Below, piece by piece: positions 27,916-39,627 of a DNA stretch of 55,318 nt (its first letter is position 1; every line of letters starts with the position of its first letter). Below the pieces are notes generated by a model. It did not search any database, was not told the DNA's origin, and saw only the letters and a list, made by a program, of their open reading frames with translations. A program made the translations under genes and the position numbers. The stretch lies in sequence record DRR723986_791; one strand, 5' to 3'.

Positions 27916-30561
27916 TCAGCTCTCGGCGATTTCACGTTGCCATTGCTCAAGCAATTTGAGCGCGTCCATTGGCGCGGTGGCTGAAATGTCGACTTCACGC
28001 ATCTTATCAAGGACTGGATGGTCAGCGACCTCGAAAAGAGTCAACTGAATCGGTGATCCCTCGGGACGACGCGGCGGAGTGATCTTGGAATCCCCACGGC
28101 GATTTAGGTGGTCAGACTCAAGCTGCTCAAGAATTTCTTTCGCACGCGAATTAACCGCCTGAGGTATACCCGCAAGTCGCGCGACGTGAATACCGTAGCT
28201 CTTATCTGCCCCGCCGGCGATAATCCGGTGCAAGAAGACGATATTGTCGTCCCACTCCTTCACGGCCACATTGTAATTCTTCACGCCGGGAAGCGATTTA
28301 CTCAATTGGGTTAGTTCGTGATAGTGAGTTGCAAACAGAGTTCGTGCGCCCACTTTGTCGTGCAGGTGTTCAACAATCGCCCAAGCTAGACTCAAACCAT
28401 CGTAAGTGCTCGTCCCACGACCGATCTCATCCAGGATGACTAAACTACGCGATGTGGCTGTGTTCAGAATCCTAGCCGTCTCAACCATCTCCACCATGAA
28501 CGTACTTTGGCCCTTGGATAGTTCATCACTCGCACCAACTCGGGCGAAGATTCGATCGGCGACCGAAATCCGAGCTCGCTTTGCAGGCACAAAGCTGCCT
28601 AACTGGGCCATCAACGTCAACAAAGCAACCTGACGAATATAGGTGCTCTTACCAGCCATGTTGGGGCCCGTAATCAACATCACGGTCCCTTGATCGCCAC
28701 CAATCAAGCAATCATTAGGAACGAACGTTCCTTGAGGAGCAGTGCGATCCAGGACTGGATGACGCCCCTCGATGATCTCTATCTCACTAGCCTGCCCGCC
28801 ATTTCCTCCGTCAATGGCCGCATCAACCATTTCAGGCCGAACGTAACCTTGCTTCTGTGCAAGCTCCGCCAGCCCGCACAAAACGTCAACTTCAGCCAAC
28901 AGATTCCCGATCGTCTGTAGCGTTTGCAATTCCGCGGCGACAGAGTCTCGCAGAGAATGGAACAGCTCCAGCTCGAGTCCAATGGACCGCTCGTCGGCTG
29001 AAATCACCTTGGTTTCGTACTGCTTCAGTTCGTCGGTGATGTACCGCTCGGCATTCTTTAGCGTCTGCTTGCGAACAAAGTGTTCCGGCACTTTATCTTT
29101 GTGTGCGTTGGTGACCTCCAAGTAGTAACCGAACACTTTCGTGTATCCGACCTTCAGGCTTGGAATCCCGGTTTCTTCTCCCTGACGGGCCTGATACTCG
29201 GCGATCCACTGCTTCCCACCGCGTGCCAACTGACGAAGTTCATCGAGATCTGAGTTAAAACCGTCCTTGAGGTAACCACCGTCGCGGGCGTGCAGAGGAC
29301 ATTCCTCTTTGAACGCCGCCAACAGCAAGTCACGAAGCGGCTCGCACAGGTGCATTTCTTCGTGCACGCCCACGAGACGCCCGGCATGGCTTTCGGCAAT
29401 GACTTGCTTAATCTCTGGCAGCTTGCTCAGCGTTGTCCCTACATTTCGCAAGTCACGCGGGCTTGCTCGCCCTGTTGCAACTCGGCCGAGCAAGCGCTCC
29501 AAATCGTAGATGTCCGACAGGGCCTCACGAAGGGACTTTCGCCGATTCTGATCCTCGACCAGCTCAGCAACCGCCTCATGACGCATGACAATGCTCGGCA
29601 CTTCAACCAGTGGTGAAGCCAGCCAACTAGCCAGCATCCGGGCACCCATGGATGTGCATGTCATATCGATCATCGACAGCAGCGAACCATCGCGACTGCG
29701 ATCACGCATTGTGTGCGTCAGTTCAAGACTACGCCGCGTGGCAGCATCAATCTCCAGCGTTACGCCTTGGCGGAAGGGCATTAGTTGCCGCAGATGAGCG
29801 AAGGACGTCTTCTGTGTTTCCTCCAAGTAGGCCAAGACGGCACCCGCCGCGCCCAAGGCTACCGTCTCCTGCTCCTCGTCCCAGCCCATTCCTTCGAGAC
29901 TTCGTGTTCCAAAGTGCGAGCACAATTGACGAATCGCTTCATCGGAGGCAAACTGCCAAATCGGACGCGAGGTCAGCGTAAACGGCAGGTCATCGCCCTG
30001 CGCAAACGTCACATCGTCGTCCCGCGTAAGGACTTCCGACGGCTCGAGCCGCGCTATCTCATCTTGGACGCGTTCTTTAGGGAAAAGCCCGGCTTCAAAT
30101 CGTCCTGTCGAAAGTTCGGCCCACGCGATGCCAACCAAGCCCTTCTCTGCCGCGGGATCTTTTGGGCCGGGATGGAGCAGAGCAACAAGGAGATTCGTCT
30201 GGAGTGGATCAAGAAGCGCTTCATCGGTCAGCGTTCCGGCCGTAACGATACGCGTCACCTCTCGTTTGACGATCCCCTTCGCCTGCTTCGGATCCTCAAC
30301 TTGATCACAAACGGCAACACGATGCCCAGCACGGATCAACTTTGCCAGGTAACCCTCAAGCTGGTGATAGGGAAAGCCGGCCATTGGGATCGGATTCTCA
30401 CCCTTGTCGCGGCTGGTCAGCGTCAATCCCAAGACGCGAGCACAGATCTTCGCATCATCATGAAACAACTCGTAGAAATCGCCCATGCGAAAGAGCAGAA
30501 GAGCGTCACCGCAGGCGGCTTTGGCCTCTTCATATTGTCGCATCATCGGCGAAACAGCCAT
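27916..30561 (-). CDS. mutS: DNA mismatch repair protein MutS
   Basis: SPMMRQY, FRMGDFYELF, TGPNMAGKSTYIRQ, STFMVEM, DEIGRGTST, FATHYHELT, SYGIHVA. Confidence 0.98.
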   Translation of the reverse strand: MAVSPMMRQYEEAKAACGDALLLFRMGDFYELFHDDAKICARVLGLTLTSRDKGENPIPMAGFPYHQLEGYLAKLIRAGHRVAVCDQVEDPKQAKGIVKREVTRIVTAGTLTDEALLDPLQTNLLVALLHPGPKDPAAEKGLVGIAWAELSTGRFEAGLFPKERVQDEIARLEPSEVLTRDDDVTFAQGDDLPFTLTSRPIWQFASDEAIRQLCSHFGTRSLEGMGWDEEQETVALGAAGAVLAYLEETQKTSFAHLRQLMPFRQGVTLEIDAATRRSLELTHTMRDRSRDGSLLSMIDMTCTSMGARMLASWLASPLVEVPSIVMRHEAVAELVEDQNRRKSLREALSDIYDLERLLGRVATGRASPRDLRNVGTTLSKLPEIKQVIAESHAGRLVGVHEEMHLCEPLRDLLLAAFKEECPLHARDGGYLKDGFNSDLDELRQLARGGKQWIAEYQARQGEETGIPSLKVGYTKVFGYYLEVTNAHKDKVPEHFVRKQTLKNAERYITDELKQYETKVISADERSIGLELELFHSLRDSVAAELQTLQTIGNLLAEVDVLCGLAELAQKQGYVRPEMVDAAIDGGNGGQASEIEIIEGRHPVLDRTAPQGTFVPNDCLIGGDQGTVMLITGPNMAGKSTYIRQVALLTLMAQLGSFVPAKRARISVADRIFARVGASDELSKGQSTFMVEMVETARILNTATSRSLVILDEIGRGTSTYDGLSLAWAIVEHLHDKVGARTLFATHYHELTQLSKSLPGVKNYNVAVKEWDDNIVFLHRIIAGGADKSYGIHVARLAGIPQAVNSRAKEILEQLESDHLNRRGDSKITPPRRPEGSPIQLTLFEVADHPVLDKMREVDISATAPMDALKLLEQWQREIAES

Positions 30562-30903
30562 TTTTCCCTCTTCAGTTGAGTGTCCCCGTAACGCTGCAAC
30601 GCCTACGTTTCATCGGCGCGGTTCGAATCCACTCACTCTTGCATTGCCCCAGATTCACGCCAATTTTGGAGGACGTGCGGGGAGATTGCGACAGATCGGA
30701 GCCGGATCGAGAGAGAGATAAATGTACCGATCGAACCCCATTTCAGGCAGGGGGCAATTCAACAGAACGCACTTTGCCGAGCGTCGCCGGAGCAGACTAC
30801 GCAACCCTCAAAGCCGCTCCTCCAAAGCGATCATTCACGACGCTGAGTTTCGACCATGCGATCAAGCGACGACTGTTCTACGGCGAACAGTTCGACCGCG
30901 CAT

Positions 30904-30940
30904 AAAAAAGGGCGACGAAGGGTGCGGGCCCTCCGCCGCC
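30904..30940 (-). terminator. intrinsic terminator downstream of the Cys/Pro-rich gene
   Basis: Minus strand ggcggcggaggg-cccgca-cccttcgtcgcc-c-tttttt. Confidence 0.8.
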
Positions 30941-31034
30941 GGGTCATATCCGACGAGTCAATGTGTGGAACAAATTCGTGCTGAGGACAGAGCCGCCTAG
31001 AACATCTAAAGAGCACAGCCCAACGAAGAGTTTA

Positions 31035-31937
31035 CTAACGACGCAATGGATTGTAGTAAGCGTCATAGTTCTCTTCGGCGGCGTCGGCCAGACGCTTCAC
31101 TGCAGGACCACCTGGTAGCGATGGAGGTGCAACTGCTTGTCCTCGAGGTTGAACAGGCCGAGGCACAATCGTTCGACTAACTGGAGCCGTTGCCGAAGCA
31201 CCGACGACTGCGGCGGATCGACCGGGGATACTGCGAGCGTAGCGGTTGACTCCCTGCGGGACGGGTGAATCCGTCAAACGTCGCGAGTAGACACGTGCCT
31301 GTTCGTCGTACTGGGAGCCGTACGAGGAATTGCGATATCGATTTGTCTTGGTTGCGGCCGGTGCACTGAGTCGCCGTTGGTAGCCAATTGGCCGAGCATT
31401 CAGCCGCGTTGGTTGACCAGCGACATCATCGGCAAAAGGATCGACTTGCGAATCGGGCAGCCGCTGAGGGCTGGGGGCTGGGATTGGCGCGCTCAAATTA
31501 CGAGGCACTGGCACAGGTACTGGCGGTGGAGTCATTGAATCACGCGAAGGCATTGGCTGCGGATACACAGGCACTTGCGACTGAGGCACTTGCTGCATCG
31601 GCATGTATTGATGCGTATGGTGATGCGCGCTCGAACCGGGCGAGCAAACCTCGCATCCGCAGCTTGGTTGCTCGACGCCGCAGCCGGGCGGTTCAACGCC
31701 GCAGCCGGGCGCTTCAACGCCGCAATTGGGTGTTTTATCGCAACTTGCCTTGGCCGCTTTACTGGGTCGCAACTTCCACGCCAAATAGTCCAGCGTGTCC
31801 AGCAGGCCGGTATCGTCCTTTGAGCAAGAACATGGCGACTGCGACGCACACTGATCGCAGGCAGCCAGCACGGATGTCGCTGTGGACACCAGCACCAAAG
31901 GAACCACCAACAGTTTTCGTGCGACTTGTGCAAGCAT
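31035..31937 (-). CDS. secreted Cys/His/Pro-rich hypothetical protein
   Basis: GGAG RBS, signal peptide, CGVExP heptads, HHHTH, DPFADD, C-terminal NPLRR. Confidence 0.78.
   Translation of the reverse strand: MLAQVARKLLVVPLVLVSTATSVLAACDQCASQSPCSCSKDDTGLLDTLDYLAWKLRPSKAAKASCDKTPNCGVEAPGCGVEPPGCGVEQPSCGCEVCSPGSSAHHHTHQYMPMQQVPQSQVPVYPQPMPSRDSMTPPPVPVPVPRNLSAPIPAPSPQRLPDSQVDPFADDVAGQPTRLNARPIGYQRRLSAPAATKTNRYRNSSYGSQYDEQARVYSRRLTDSPVPQGVNRYARSIPGRSAAVVGASATAPVSRTIVPRPVQPRGQAVAPPSLPGGPAVKRLADAAEENYDAYYNPLRR
31672..31730 (-). repeat. in-frame 21-bp tandem repeat encoding CGVExP(G/S)
   Basis: tcgacgccgcagccgggcggt / tcaacgccgcagccgggcgct / tcaacgccgcaattggg. Confidence 0.85.
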
Positions 31938-32551
31938 CAATTCAATCTCCAGGAGTTCGTAGCTGCCTGCCATTGACCACCCAGGCGGCCTGGCGGCAGG
32001 GATTACGCCGTCTGAATATCTGATCGATCCGAACCAACCGGAATATGCAGCACTTTCATCAGATGCGCAAACCTCACCGCAAACCCCGCATCTTCACACG
32101 AGTGCCTAGCATTCCAACGCGAGCAGGCCCGCCGTCGCGCTCGCAGCAATCTGCCATGAATAGCAAGCTGCCAGGAATACCGCCCGAGCTGGCCAACTGG
32201 GCGGCGGCACGCGAGTTGAGACGCAGAAACACGAGAGGCCGAAAGAATCGACACCGAGACAGTCGATAGGGATTCAGCTACAATGCGGTCGCCGCGGCGG
32301 ACCGTCTCCAGGCGTATTGCGTCTTGGCGGTTCATGGGCCCAGCGACGCCCAAAGCCCCAGCGAAGCCCAAGAGTCGTCCCGGTGAATTTCAAGAGAAGT
32401 CCCATTGAAGCCGCTTGCGGCCCCCTTAAGACCGACTCAAACCGTTACCGCAAAACGAGTTAAGGCCCCTATCTAGCAGCGTGGGCTATGATCTTCCCTG
32501 TCCAGTAACTGCTGCGTAGACCCTACCGAGCTTTAGAACGAGAAACCTTTG

Positions 32552-35266
32552 ATGGCAGATACAAAAGTAGATCCATTCGGCGTACGCAGCACTTTTCAGG
32601 GACCAAAGGGCGAAATCGGCTACTACAGCCTGCCAAAACTGGAAGAGCTGGGCGTCGGCCCGGTATCCAAGCTTCCATTTTCTATTCGCATTCTCTTGGA
32701 AGCTGTGCTTCGAAACTGCGACGGCTACGTTGTCAGCGAGGACGATGTAAAGAACTTGGCCAATTGGGAAGCGGCCAGCCCTGCCAAGGTCGAAATCCCC
32801 TTCATGCCGTCGCGGGTTGTCTTGCAAGACTTTACCGGCGTGCCTTGCGTCGTTGACCTAGCTGCGATGCGTGACGGAATGAACGCGCTCGGCGGCGACC
32901 CAAAGAAGATCAACCCACTCATCCCAGTGGATCTCGTCATTGACCACTCCGTGCAAGTCGACTTGTTCGGAACGCTCGATTCACTCACCAGGAACGTCGA
33001 AATCGAATTCGAGCGCAACAAGGAACGCTACGAGTTCTTGCGCTGGGGTCAGCAAGCATTCGACAACTTCCGAGTCGTTCCACCGAACACCGGAATTGTC
33101 CACCAAGTGAACCTGGAATACCTGGCTCAATGCGTGTTCGTTCGCGAAGACCACGCTGGCCCAGTTGCCTTGCCGGATACGCTGGTCGGAACCGACAGCC
33201 ACACCACCATGATTAACGGCTTGGGCGTGTTGGGCTGGGGTGTGGGCGGCATTGAAGCGGAAGCTGGCATGCTCGGACAACCACTTTACATGTTGATGCC
33301 CGAGGTAGTTGGCATGGAGCTTACGGGCGAATTGCCAGCAGGCGCGACTGCAACCGACCTGGTTCTGAAGGTCACAGAGATTCTGCGTGCCGAGGGCGTG
33401 GTTGGCAAATTCGTCGAATTCTATGGCAGCGGTGTCTCCTCGATGTCGTTGGCAGACCGAGCGACGATCGCCAACATGGCACCTGAGTACGGTGCAACCA
33501 TGGGTTATTTCCCGATCGACGACGAAACACTCAACTTCCTTGCCCGGACCGGCCGCAGCGAAGAACAAGTCAAGCTAACCGAAGCTTACATGAAGGCCCA
33601 AGGGTTGTTCCGCCAGGACGACGATGCCCAGCTCAACTACACGAAGGTCGTCAAGCTAGATATTTCGACCGTTGAACCCGCTCTGGCAGGCCCCAAGCGA
33701 CCGCAAGACCGCGTGACGCTTCGCGACATGAAAGCGAACTTCGAATCCACCTTGGTTGCACCGGTAGCCGACCGCGGGTTCGGCCTAGAGTCTTCACAAC
33801 TCACTGCAACTGCTACGGTTGAAGATAACGGAAACAGCGAATCGATCACGCACGGCAACGTCGTCATTGCCGCAATCACAAGCTGTACCAACACTTCTAA
33901 CCCCTCAGTCATGGTCGGAGCTGGCTTGCTGGCTCAGAAGGCTGTCGAGAAGGGACTCGGCGTTAAATCCTTTGTAAAGACTTCGCTGGCTCCTGGGTCA
34001 CGAGTGGTCACGGACTACTTCGACAAAGCAGACTTGACCAAATCACTGGAAGCCCTTGGGTTCCACACTGTCGGCTACGGCTGCACGACTTGCATCGGGA
34101 ACAGTGGACCACTGCCCGAGCCAGTCTCTGATGCAATTCAATCCGGCGATCTAGTTGCCGCGGCCGTGCTGAGTGGTAATCGCAACTTTGAAGGTCGCGT
34201 CAACCCTCACACTCGAGCAAACTATCTGGCAAGCCCGCCGTTGGTGGTCGCTTACGCTTTGGCTGGACGCGTCGACATTGATTTTGAAAGCGAACCGATT
34301 GGCAAGAGCGAATCCGGTGAGGACGTCTTCTTGCGAGACATCTGGCCTTCGGCGGAGGAAATCGCTTCGACGATCGAACAGTGCGTTCTACCTGAGATGT
34401 TCATCAATCAGTACTCCAGTGCTTTCACCAGCAACGAGAAGTGGAATGCAATCGACATCACCGAAGGCGACCTTTACGCCTGGAGCGATGCGAGCACTTA
34501 CATTCAGCGACCTCCGTTCCTCGAAGGCATCACAGCGGACGTCGTCAAGCCTGAACCAATTCGTTCTGCCCGCTGCCTGGCGTTAATGCCGGATTCAGTC
34601 ACGACTGACCACATTTCACCTGCAGGCGCGATCGCCAAGGATAGCCCAGCCGGCCGCTACCTGCAGGACAACAGCGTTCCGCACCGGGAATTCAACAGCT
34701 ACGGCTCGCGACGTGGCAATGACCGCGTCATGGTTCGCGGCACGTTTGCCAACATTCGGATTCGCAACCAGATGCTCCCTGGAGTCGAAGGCGGCTATAC
34801 AAAGCACGTCCCCAGCGGTGAACAGCTTGCCATCTACGACGCAGCTCAAAAGTACGCCGAAGACAACACTCCACTGGTAGTTATCGCTGGCACCGAATAC
34901 GGAACCGGCAGTAGCCGTGACTGGGCTGCCAAGGGAACCCTGCTCCTGGGCGTTAAAGCTGTCATTGCAGCGAGCTACGAGCGAATCCATCGCAGCAACT
35001 TGGTTGGCATGGGAGTCCTACCGCTTCAATTCAGCGAAGGCGAGACATGGCAAAGCCTCGGCTTGACCGGCGACGAAAGCTTTGACATTGGCCTCGAAGC
35101 CGAGACGCTAGAACCACGTGGCACACTTACGGTAACAGCGACGGACAACGACGGAAAAGAAACGAAGTTCCAAGTCTCTGTGAGAATCGACACACCTGTG
35201 GAGTTGGACTACTACCACAATGGCGGAATCCTTCCGACTGTGCTTCGCAAGCTGGCTGCCAGCTAA
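32552..35266 (+). CDS. acnA: aconitate hydratase A
   Basis: [75 protein letters not shown]. Confidence 0.98.
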   Translation: MADTKVDPFGVRSTFQGPKGEIGYYSLPKLEELGVGPVSKLPFSIRILLEAVLRNCDGYVVSEDDVKNLANWEAASPAKVEIPFMPSRVVLQDFTGVPCVVDLAAMRDGMNALGGDPKKINPLIPVDLVIDHSVQVDLFGTLDSLTRNVEIEFERNKERYEFLRWGQQAFDNFRVVPPNTGIVHQVNLEYLAQCVFVREDHAGPVALPDTLVGTDSHTTMINGLGVLGWGVGGIEAEAGMLGQPLYMLMPEVVGMELTGELPAGATATDLVLKVTEILRAEGVVGKFVEFYGSGVSSMSLADRATIANMAPEYGATMGYFPIDDETLNFLARTGRSEEQVKLTEAYMKAQGLFRQDDDAQLNYTKVVKLDISTVEPALAGPKRPQDRVTLRDMKANFESTLVAPVADRGFGLESSQLTATATVEDNGNSESITHGNVVIAAITSCTNTSNPSVMVGAGLLAQKAVEKGLGVKSFVKTSLAPGSRVVTDYFDKADLTKSLEALGFHTVGYGCTTCIGNSGPLPEPVSDAIQSGDLVAAAVLSGNRNFEGRVNPHTRANYLASPPLVVAYALAGRVDIDFESEPIGKSESGEDVFLRDIWPSAEEIASTIEQCVLPEMFINQYSSAFTSNEKWNAIDITEGDLYAWSDASTYIQRPPFLEGITADVVKPEPIRSARCLALMPDSVTTDHISPAGAIAKDSPAGRYLQDNSVPHREFNSYGSRRGNDRVMVRGTFANIRIRNQMLPGVEGGYTKHVPSGEQLAIYDAAQKYAEDNTPLVVIAGTEYGTGSSRDWAAKGTLLLGVKAVIAASYERIHRSNLVGMGVLPLQFSEGETWQSLGLTGDESFDIGLEAETLEPRGTLTVTATDNDGKETKFQVSVRIDTPVELDYYHNGGILPTVLRKLAAS

Positions 35267-35274
35267 CGAACCGG

Positions 35275-35335
35275 GTCGAACTACGTTTCGTAGAAAGACG
35301 TCGAACTACGTTTCGCAGAAAGACGCTGCGTAGTT
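35275..35335. repeat. 25-bp direct repeat (x2) plus inverted half-site, REP-like
   Basis: gtcgaactacgtttcgtagaaagac / gtcgaactacgtttcgcagaaagac, then cgtagtt (the inverse of aactacg). Confidence 0.75.
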
Positions 35336-35638
35336 GTAAATTGCGTCGCAAACGACTCGGACTTAAACCGGGCTGGCGGCGGGTCAATGACCTGCCTTCG
35401 GAGCCGCAAACCGAAGACTTACATCGAACTCAAGACCCGCGGAAGCCCAGCTCTCGCGGGTCTTGCTGTAGACTGAAAAAGCGAACAACACGTCCAACGC
35501 GGTGCAGCGACAACCGCCCCTGAGTGGGTTTAGTCAAAGTCGCGTTGCTGTCGTTGGTACTTCCTTTCAAGCCCTTGCAAGTCAACTGCAAACACTCATC
35601 GGGCAACCTACGCCCCGCTTCACCGTGTGGAGGCTGTC

Positions 35639-38600
35639 GTGACAGCAAAACGAAATCCGTTGCTAGTTATCATTGTCGTCGCTGCGTGCATCGGCTTGAT
35701 CGGTTGGGGAATCACTGCTCTTTCCCCGCCGGCGCCCAAAGACACCTCAGCCGACGGCGATGGTGGCGCGAACCAGCCCTCAAATGACGGCGATGCTTCC
35801 GACGAGGCACCGGTTCGATTCACGGCTGCGCAAATGCAAATCGCCATCGAGGCAGTAGCTGCATCCGAAGAAGCGAAATTTCTCCGAGCCCGCGATTTGT
35901 GGACACAGCTTCGCGAGGCATTCCCCGCAGATCGTGATATCCAAATCAATGAAGCTGTAGCTGTTCTTAAGTGGACCAACGTCGTTTCAGAACAACTGAA
36001 CAACCAAGATGCAAAGACAACGCCCGAGCAACGCGCGGCCATGGAAGCGGAGTTGTCCGAGGCGTTCGACTATGCCGACACTCTGTTGGAAGACCTGCAA
36101 AAGGTAAACGCTTCTGAGTACGATTACCGTGTGCCGCTTATTCAATCCGCTTTACTAACTGAGCGCGCCGAACGAGCCGACTACGAACAATCTGCTGAGC
36201 TAAAGAAGCAAGCGGCACAGGTGCTGATTGACGCCCTTTCAAAAGATCCCCAACAGCCAGTTCTGGCATCCAAACTCGATCAGGTCCTGCTCGGTCTAGC
36301 AGGCACTGCCCCTGATCTGGAGGCGCAACTGCCCGATTTCCTGTTCCAGGCCTTCAACGTCGATGGGGACAACCTATATCTACTCAAAGCAGCCGCAACG
36401 GCTTTGCTGACAGCCCAGGACGCTCGAGTAAAACAGCTTGTGCAACCGACGATAAATCTCTCCAAACCAATGTGGAGCTCGCGGCAACGGGCCGTCGACC
36501 GAATGAAACCAGAAGAACTGGCGGTCCAAACAATCGAGGCAATCGACGCGGGGAATTGGCGAGGAACAGTCGGCTTTCGTCGTTGGCTGAACGTCCTACT
36601 TGGTATCCCTGGGTTTAACGACGACTACAAACGCGTTACACCAGATCCGCTCGCATTGCTGGACACATCCTTCCTGTTGCGAATGGCCCCAGAACGCTCC
36701 ATTGCACCGCAAGCAACGAAGGTGGAATTTAGCGAGTTTGAAATCGATGCAAGCGCCACCGCGGCAGCTTGGGTCGATGTCGACTACGACTTTGTCGCCG
36801 ACGTCGTGATTGCGACCGGCAATGAATTGCAATTCTATATCGCCAACGGTTCTGAATTCCAATTTTCACACGCGATCCCCACAGATAAGCCGATTACGAA
36901 TCTGATGGCCCTGGATCTCTACGAAGTCCTCATTCCAGAAGCCCCCAAGCTGCCTTCATCGGTCGCCGAACTGATGATCGAAGGGACGTTTGCACGAGAG
37001 TCAGCGGCTGACGACGAGAACTCCGACGGCGAAGATCGGTCCAACATCTCCGGTTCGCGGCACGCTGTGCTTCGCGAACTGGTGGCATCAGGCCCAGAGG
37101 GCATTGAAATCTACAGCCTAGAAAGCGTTGGGCTGGTTACCGACGAAACAGGCCTCGAGGGGCTTCGCGACGTTAAGCTGATCGAAGCGGCCGACATCGA
37201 AAGCGACGGTGATCTGGACCTTCTAATTGTCACTGGAGAGGGCCCTGTCTTGATGCAGAATAATGGCAATCGAACATTCAGCAACATTACGGAGTACTCC
37301 TCACTGCTGAGTGATGTGTCTATTACCGGAGCTCGCCGAGCGGACTTTGATCAAGATCTGGACCAAGATTTCCTACTTGCAACCAGTAAGGGTCCAGCGG
37401 TACTGGAAAACATCCTGCACAGTCAGTTCCGCATGAGAATGCTCGACGGCGAGCAATGGAAGACTGAAAGCCCCACTGCCTGCCTAGCTGTGGCCGATTT
37501 TGATCGTAACCGATCTTGGGATGTTGTCTTTGGCGGAGCCACCGAGTCGCACCTTGTGAGCACCCTAACCAGCAACTCTTCGTTTGCCGCCACCCGTCGA
37601 CAAGCAATTCCAATCGGTTCCAGTTCGCAGATCGCCGCCACCGACATCAACAATGACGGATTCATGGATCTGATCGCCGCTGGGTCCGATGGCCTCAGTT
37701 ACTCCCTCGGACAAACCTCTTTAGAGTTCAGCCCACCTCAATCCGTTGCACCTGGCTCAATCACTACACTATCAATTGCTGACCACAACTACGACGGTAA
37801 ACAAGAGATACTGGCAATCGCAGACGGCAAACCCGTTGTTTACTCGCTCCAAGGTCAGCTTGACGGCAATTACAACGTTGTGCGGCTGGCTGGCATCAAC
37901 GACAACAATGGTGGTGGGCGCATCAACCACTTCGGCCTCGGCAGCGTTCTTGAAGTCTGGACCAATGAAGGTCCATTCCGCCGTCTTGTCGACGGCCCCG
38001 TTACACACTTTGGTCTCGGCGGTGAAGAAGCAAAGACGGTTCGGGTGATCTTCACCAATGGCCTGACTCAGAATATTGAAAACGTTCCGGCAAATGTGCT
38101 CGTGGAGGAGATCCAGATTCAACGTGGCTCCTGCCCGTATGTTTATGGTCACGACGGCAAAGGATTCGAACTGATTACAGACCTTCTCTGGAACGCACCA
38201 CTTGGACTGCAAATTTCGCGCGGGGAAGCTCTACCAGATCGACGCTGGGAACACATTCTGCTTCCCGGTCAATTGGTTAAGCAGCGTGGCGAGACGATCC
38301 CTCTGAAAATCACCGAAGAGCTTTGGGAGTTTGCGTATTTTGATCATGTCCAACTAACGGCCATCGATCACCCCCAAGATGTGCGCGTATTCACAAATGA
38401 AAAGGTCGGGCCGCCTCAAATCGCTGAGCCTCGAATCTTTGCAGTTCGCAACACACTGCATCCGCAGCAAGCCACCGACACTCGAGGCAAGGACTGCACC
38501 AAGCAACTTTCGAAAACCGATCGTGATTTCGTACAAGCGTTCGAGAAGCTTTATTGCCAGGGACTGTGCGAGCCACACTTTATTGAACTGGACTTCGGAG

Positions 38601-39496
38601 AGCTTGACGACACCTCCGACACTTTACGTTTGTACCTGAACGGTTGGCTGTACCCAACAGACACATCGCTGAACATTGGCATCTCACAAAATCCCCAACG
38701 CAGCCGTCCTGAGCCACCGTCGCTGTGGGTTGTTGGCCAAGATGGGCAATGGACTTGTGCAAAGCCATTCATCGGATTCCCAGGCGGCAAACCGAAAACG
38801 ATTGTTGTCGACATTTCGGGCATATTCGAAACTGACGACCACAGAATCCGAATCGCAACCAGCCAACAGCTTTATTGGGACGAGGTGTTTGTTTCAGCAG
38901 ACGATCTCGACGATTACCAAACGCATACACTGAAACTAGCCACAGCCGACCTTCATTATCGCGGATACAGCAAACCACTGCACCGCGATCCAGAGCAGCC
39001 GCACTGGTTCGACTACCAGCAAGTGGAAACTTCGCCGATCTGGCCGCGACTCAACGGCCCATTTACACGATACGGTGACGTACGTTCGATCCTGAACCAA
39101 GATGACGATGAAATGGCTGTCATCGTTGGAGGCGATGAGATTTCGCTCGAATTCGTACCGCCCGCGGCGTCACTGCCCGAGAACTGGTCTAGAGATTTTG
39201 TTCTCCACAGCACCGGCTGGGATAAGGACGCGGACATCAATACACTCGAAGGCCAGAGCTCCCTTCCCCTGCCCTTCAAGAATCAGGCTAGTTATCCAGC
39301 CATGCCAGATCAGGCCGAAGAGGCTCAAGCTGTATTTGAAAAGAATGCCGCAACACTTACGCGATACATGCCGACCTGGACGCTCGACGCAATCTCGCGC
39401 GCCGGCTGGCAGAAACCAAAATCCCCAACCGCTGAAGCCCCGATAACTACGCGGCCTAAGGAGGCCAATTCGCCGAGCAGCACAGTCGGTGAATAG
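35639..39496 (+). CDS. large membrane-anchored TPR / FG-GAP / ASPIC-UnbV (CRTAC1-like) protein
   Basis: N-terminal TM; helical region; repeats DIESDGDLDL, DFDQDLDQD, DFDRNRSWD, DINNDGFMD; INHFGLGS...THFGLG; C-terminal SCPY...GWDKDADINT domain; GGAGG before GTG 35639. Confidence 0.88.
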   Translation: MTAKRNPLLVIIVVAACIGLIGWGITALSPPAPKDTSADGDGGANQPSNDGDASDEAPVRFTAAQMQIAIEAVAASEEAKFLRARDLWTQLREAFPADRDIQINEAVAVLKWTNVVSEQLNNQDAKTTPEQRAAMEAELSEAFDYADTLLEDLQKVNASEYDYRVPLIQSALLTERAERADYEQSAELKKQAAQVLIDALSKDPQQPVLASKLDQVLLGLAGTAPDLEAQLPDFLFQAFNVDGDNLYLLKAAATALLTAQDARVKQLVQPTINLSKPMWSSRQRAVDRMKPEELAVQTIEAIDAGNWRGTVGFRRWLNVLLGIPGFNDDYKRVTPDPLALLDTSFLLRMAPERSIAPQATKVEFSEFEIDASATAAAWVDVDYDFVADVVIATGNELQFYIANGSEFQFSHAIPTDKPITNLMALDLYEVLIPEAPKLPSSVAELMIEGTFARESAADDENSDGEDRSNISGSRHAVLRELVASGPEGIEIYSLESVGLVTDETGLEGLRDVKLIEAADIESDGDLDLLIVTGEGPVLMQNNGNRTFSNITEYSSLLSDVSITGARRADFDQDLDQDFLLATSKGPAVLENILHSQFRMRMLDGEQWKTESPTACLAVADFDRNRSWDVVFGGATESHLVSTLTSNSSFAATRRQAIPIGSSSQIAATDINNDGFMDLIAAGSDGLSYSLGQTSLEFSPPQSVAPGSITTLSIADHNYDGKQEILAIADGKPVVYSLQGQLDGNYNVVRLAGINDNNGGGRINHFGLGSVLEVWTNEGPFRRLVDGPVTHFGLGGEEAKTVRVIFTNGLTQNIENVPANVLVEEIQIQRGSCPYVYGHDGKGFELITDLLWNAPLGLQISRGEALPDRRWEHILLPGQLVKQRGETIPLKITEELWEFAYFDHVQLTAIDHPQDVRVFTNEKVGPPQIAEPRIFAVRNTLHPQQATDTRGKDCTKQLSKTDRDFVQAFEKLYCQGLCEPHFIELDFGELDDTSDTLRLYLNGWLYPTDTSLNIGISQNPQRSRPEPPSLWVVGQDGQWTCAKPFIGFPGGKPKTIVVDISGIFETDDHRIRIATSQQLYWDEVFVSADDLDDYQTHTLKLATADLHYRGYSKPLHRDPEQPHWFDYQQVETSPIWPRLNGPFTRYGDVRSILNQDDDEMAVIVGGDEISLEFVPPAASLPENWSRDFVLHSTGWDKDADINTLEGQSSLPLPFKNQASYPAMPDQAEEAQAVFEKNAATLTRYMPTWTLDAISRAGWQKPKSPTAEAPITTRPKEANSPSSTVGE

Positions 39497-39627
39497 CCTC
39501 TTCGGACAATAGCCAGGGAATGCGCGGCCGGGGACACGCGGTGAGTGTCGGCAAAACGGTGCGAACCAGAAAATCGCCGCAATCGTAACGTGTGAATACA
39601 CGCCTTCGCTGACGGTCTAGGGAATGA

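Noticed and set aside
30615-30635. GGTTCGAATCC, resembling a tRNA T-loop
   Set aside because: The flanks (cgc/act) do not form a T-stem, and there is no cloverleaf or CCA
29785-30905. Long + strand ORFs (264 aa and 187 aa)
   Set aside because: Antisense shadows of mutS with no recognisable motifs
31974-32551. Long divergent intergenic region before acnA as a possible sRNA or small-ORF locus
   Set aside because: The short ORFs lack an RBS or motifs, and I could not support any RNA family or promoter-terminator pair
35275-35324. Possible mini-CRISPR array
   Set aside because: The two 25-bp units abut with no spacer, and there are no cas genes in the window
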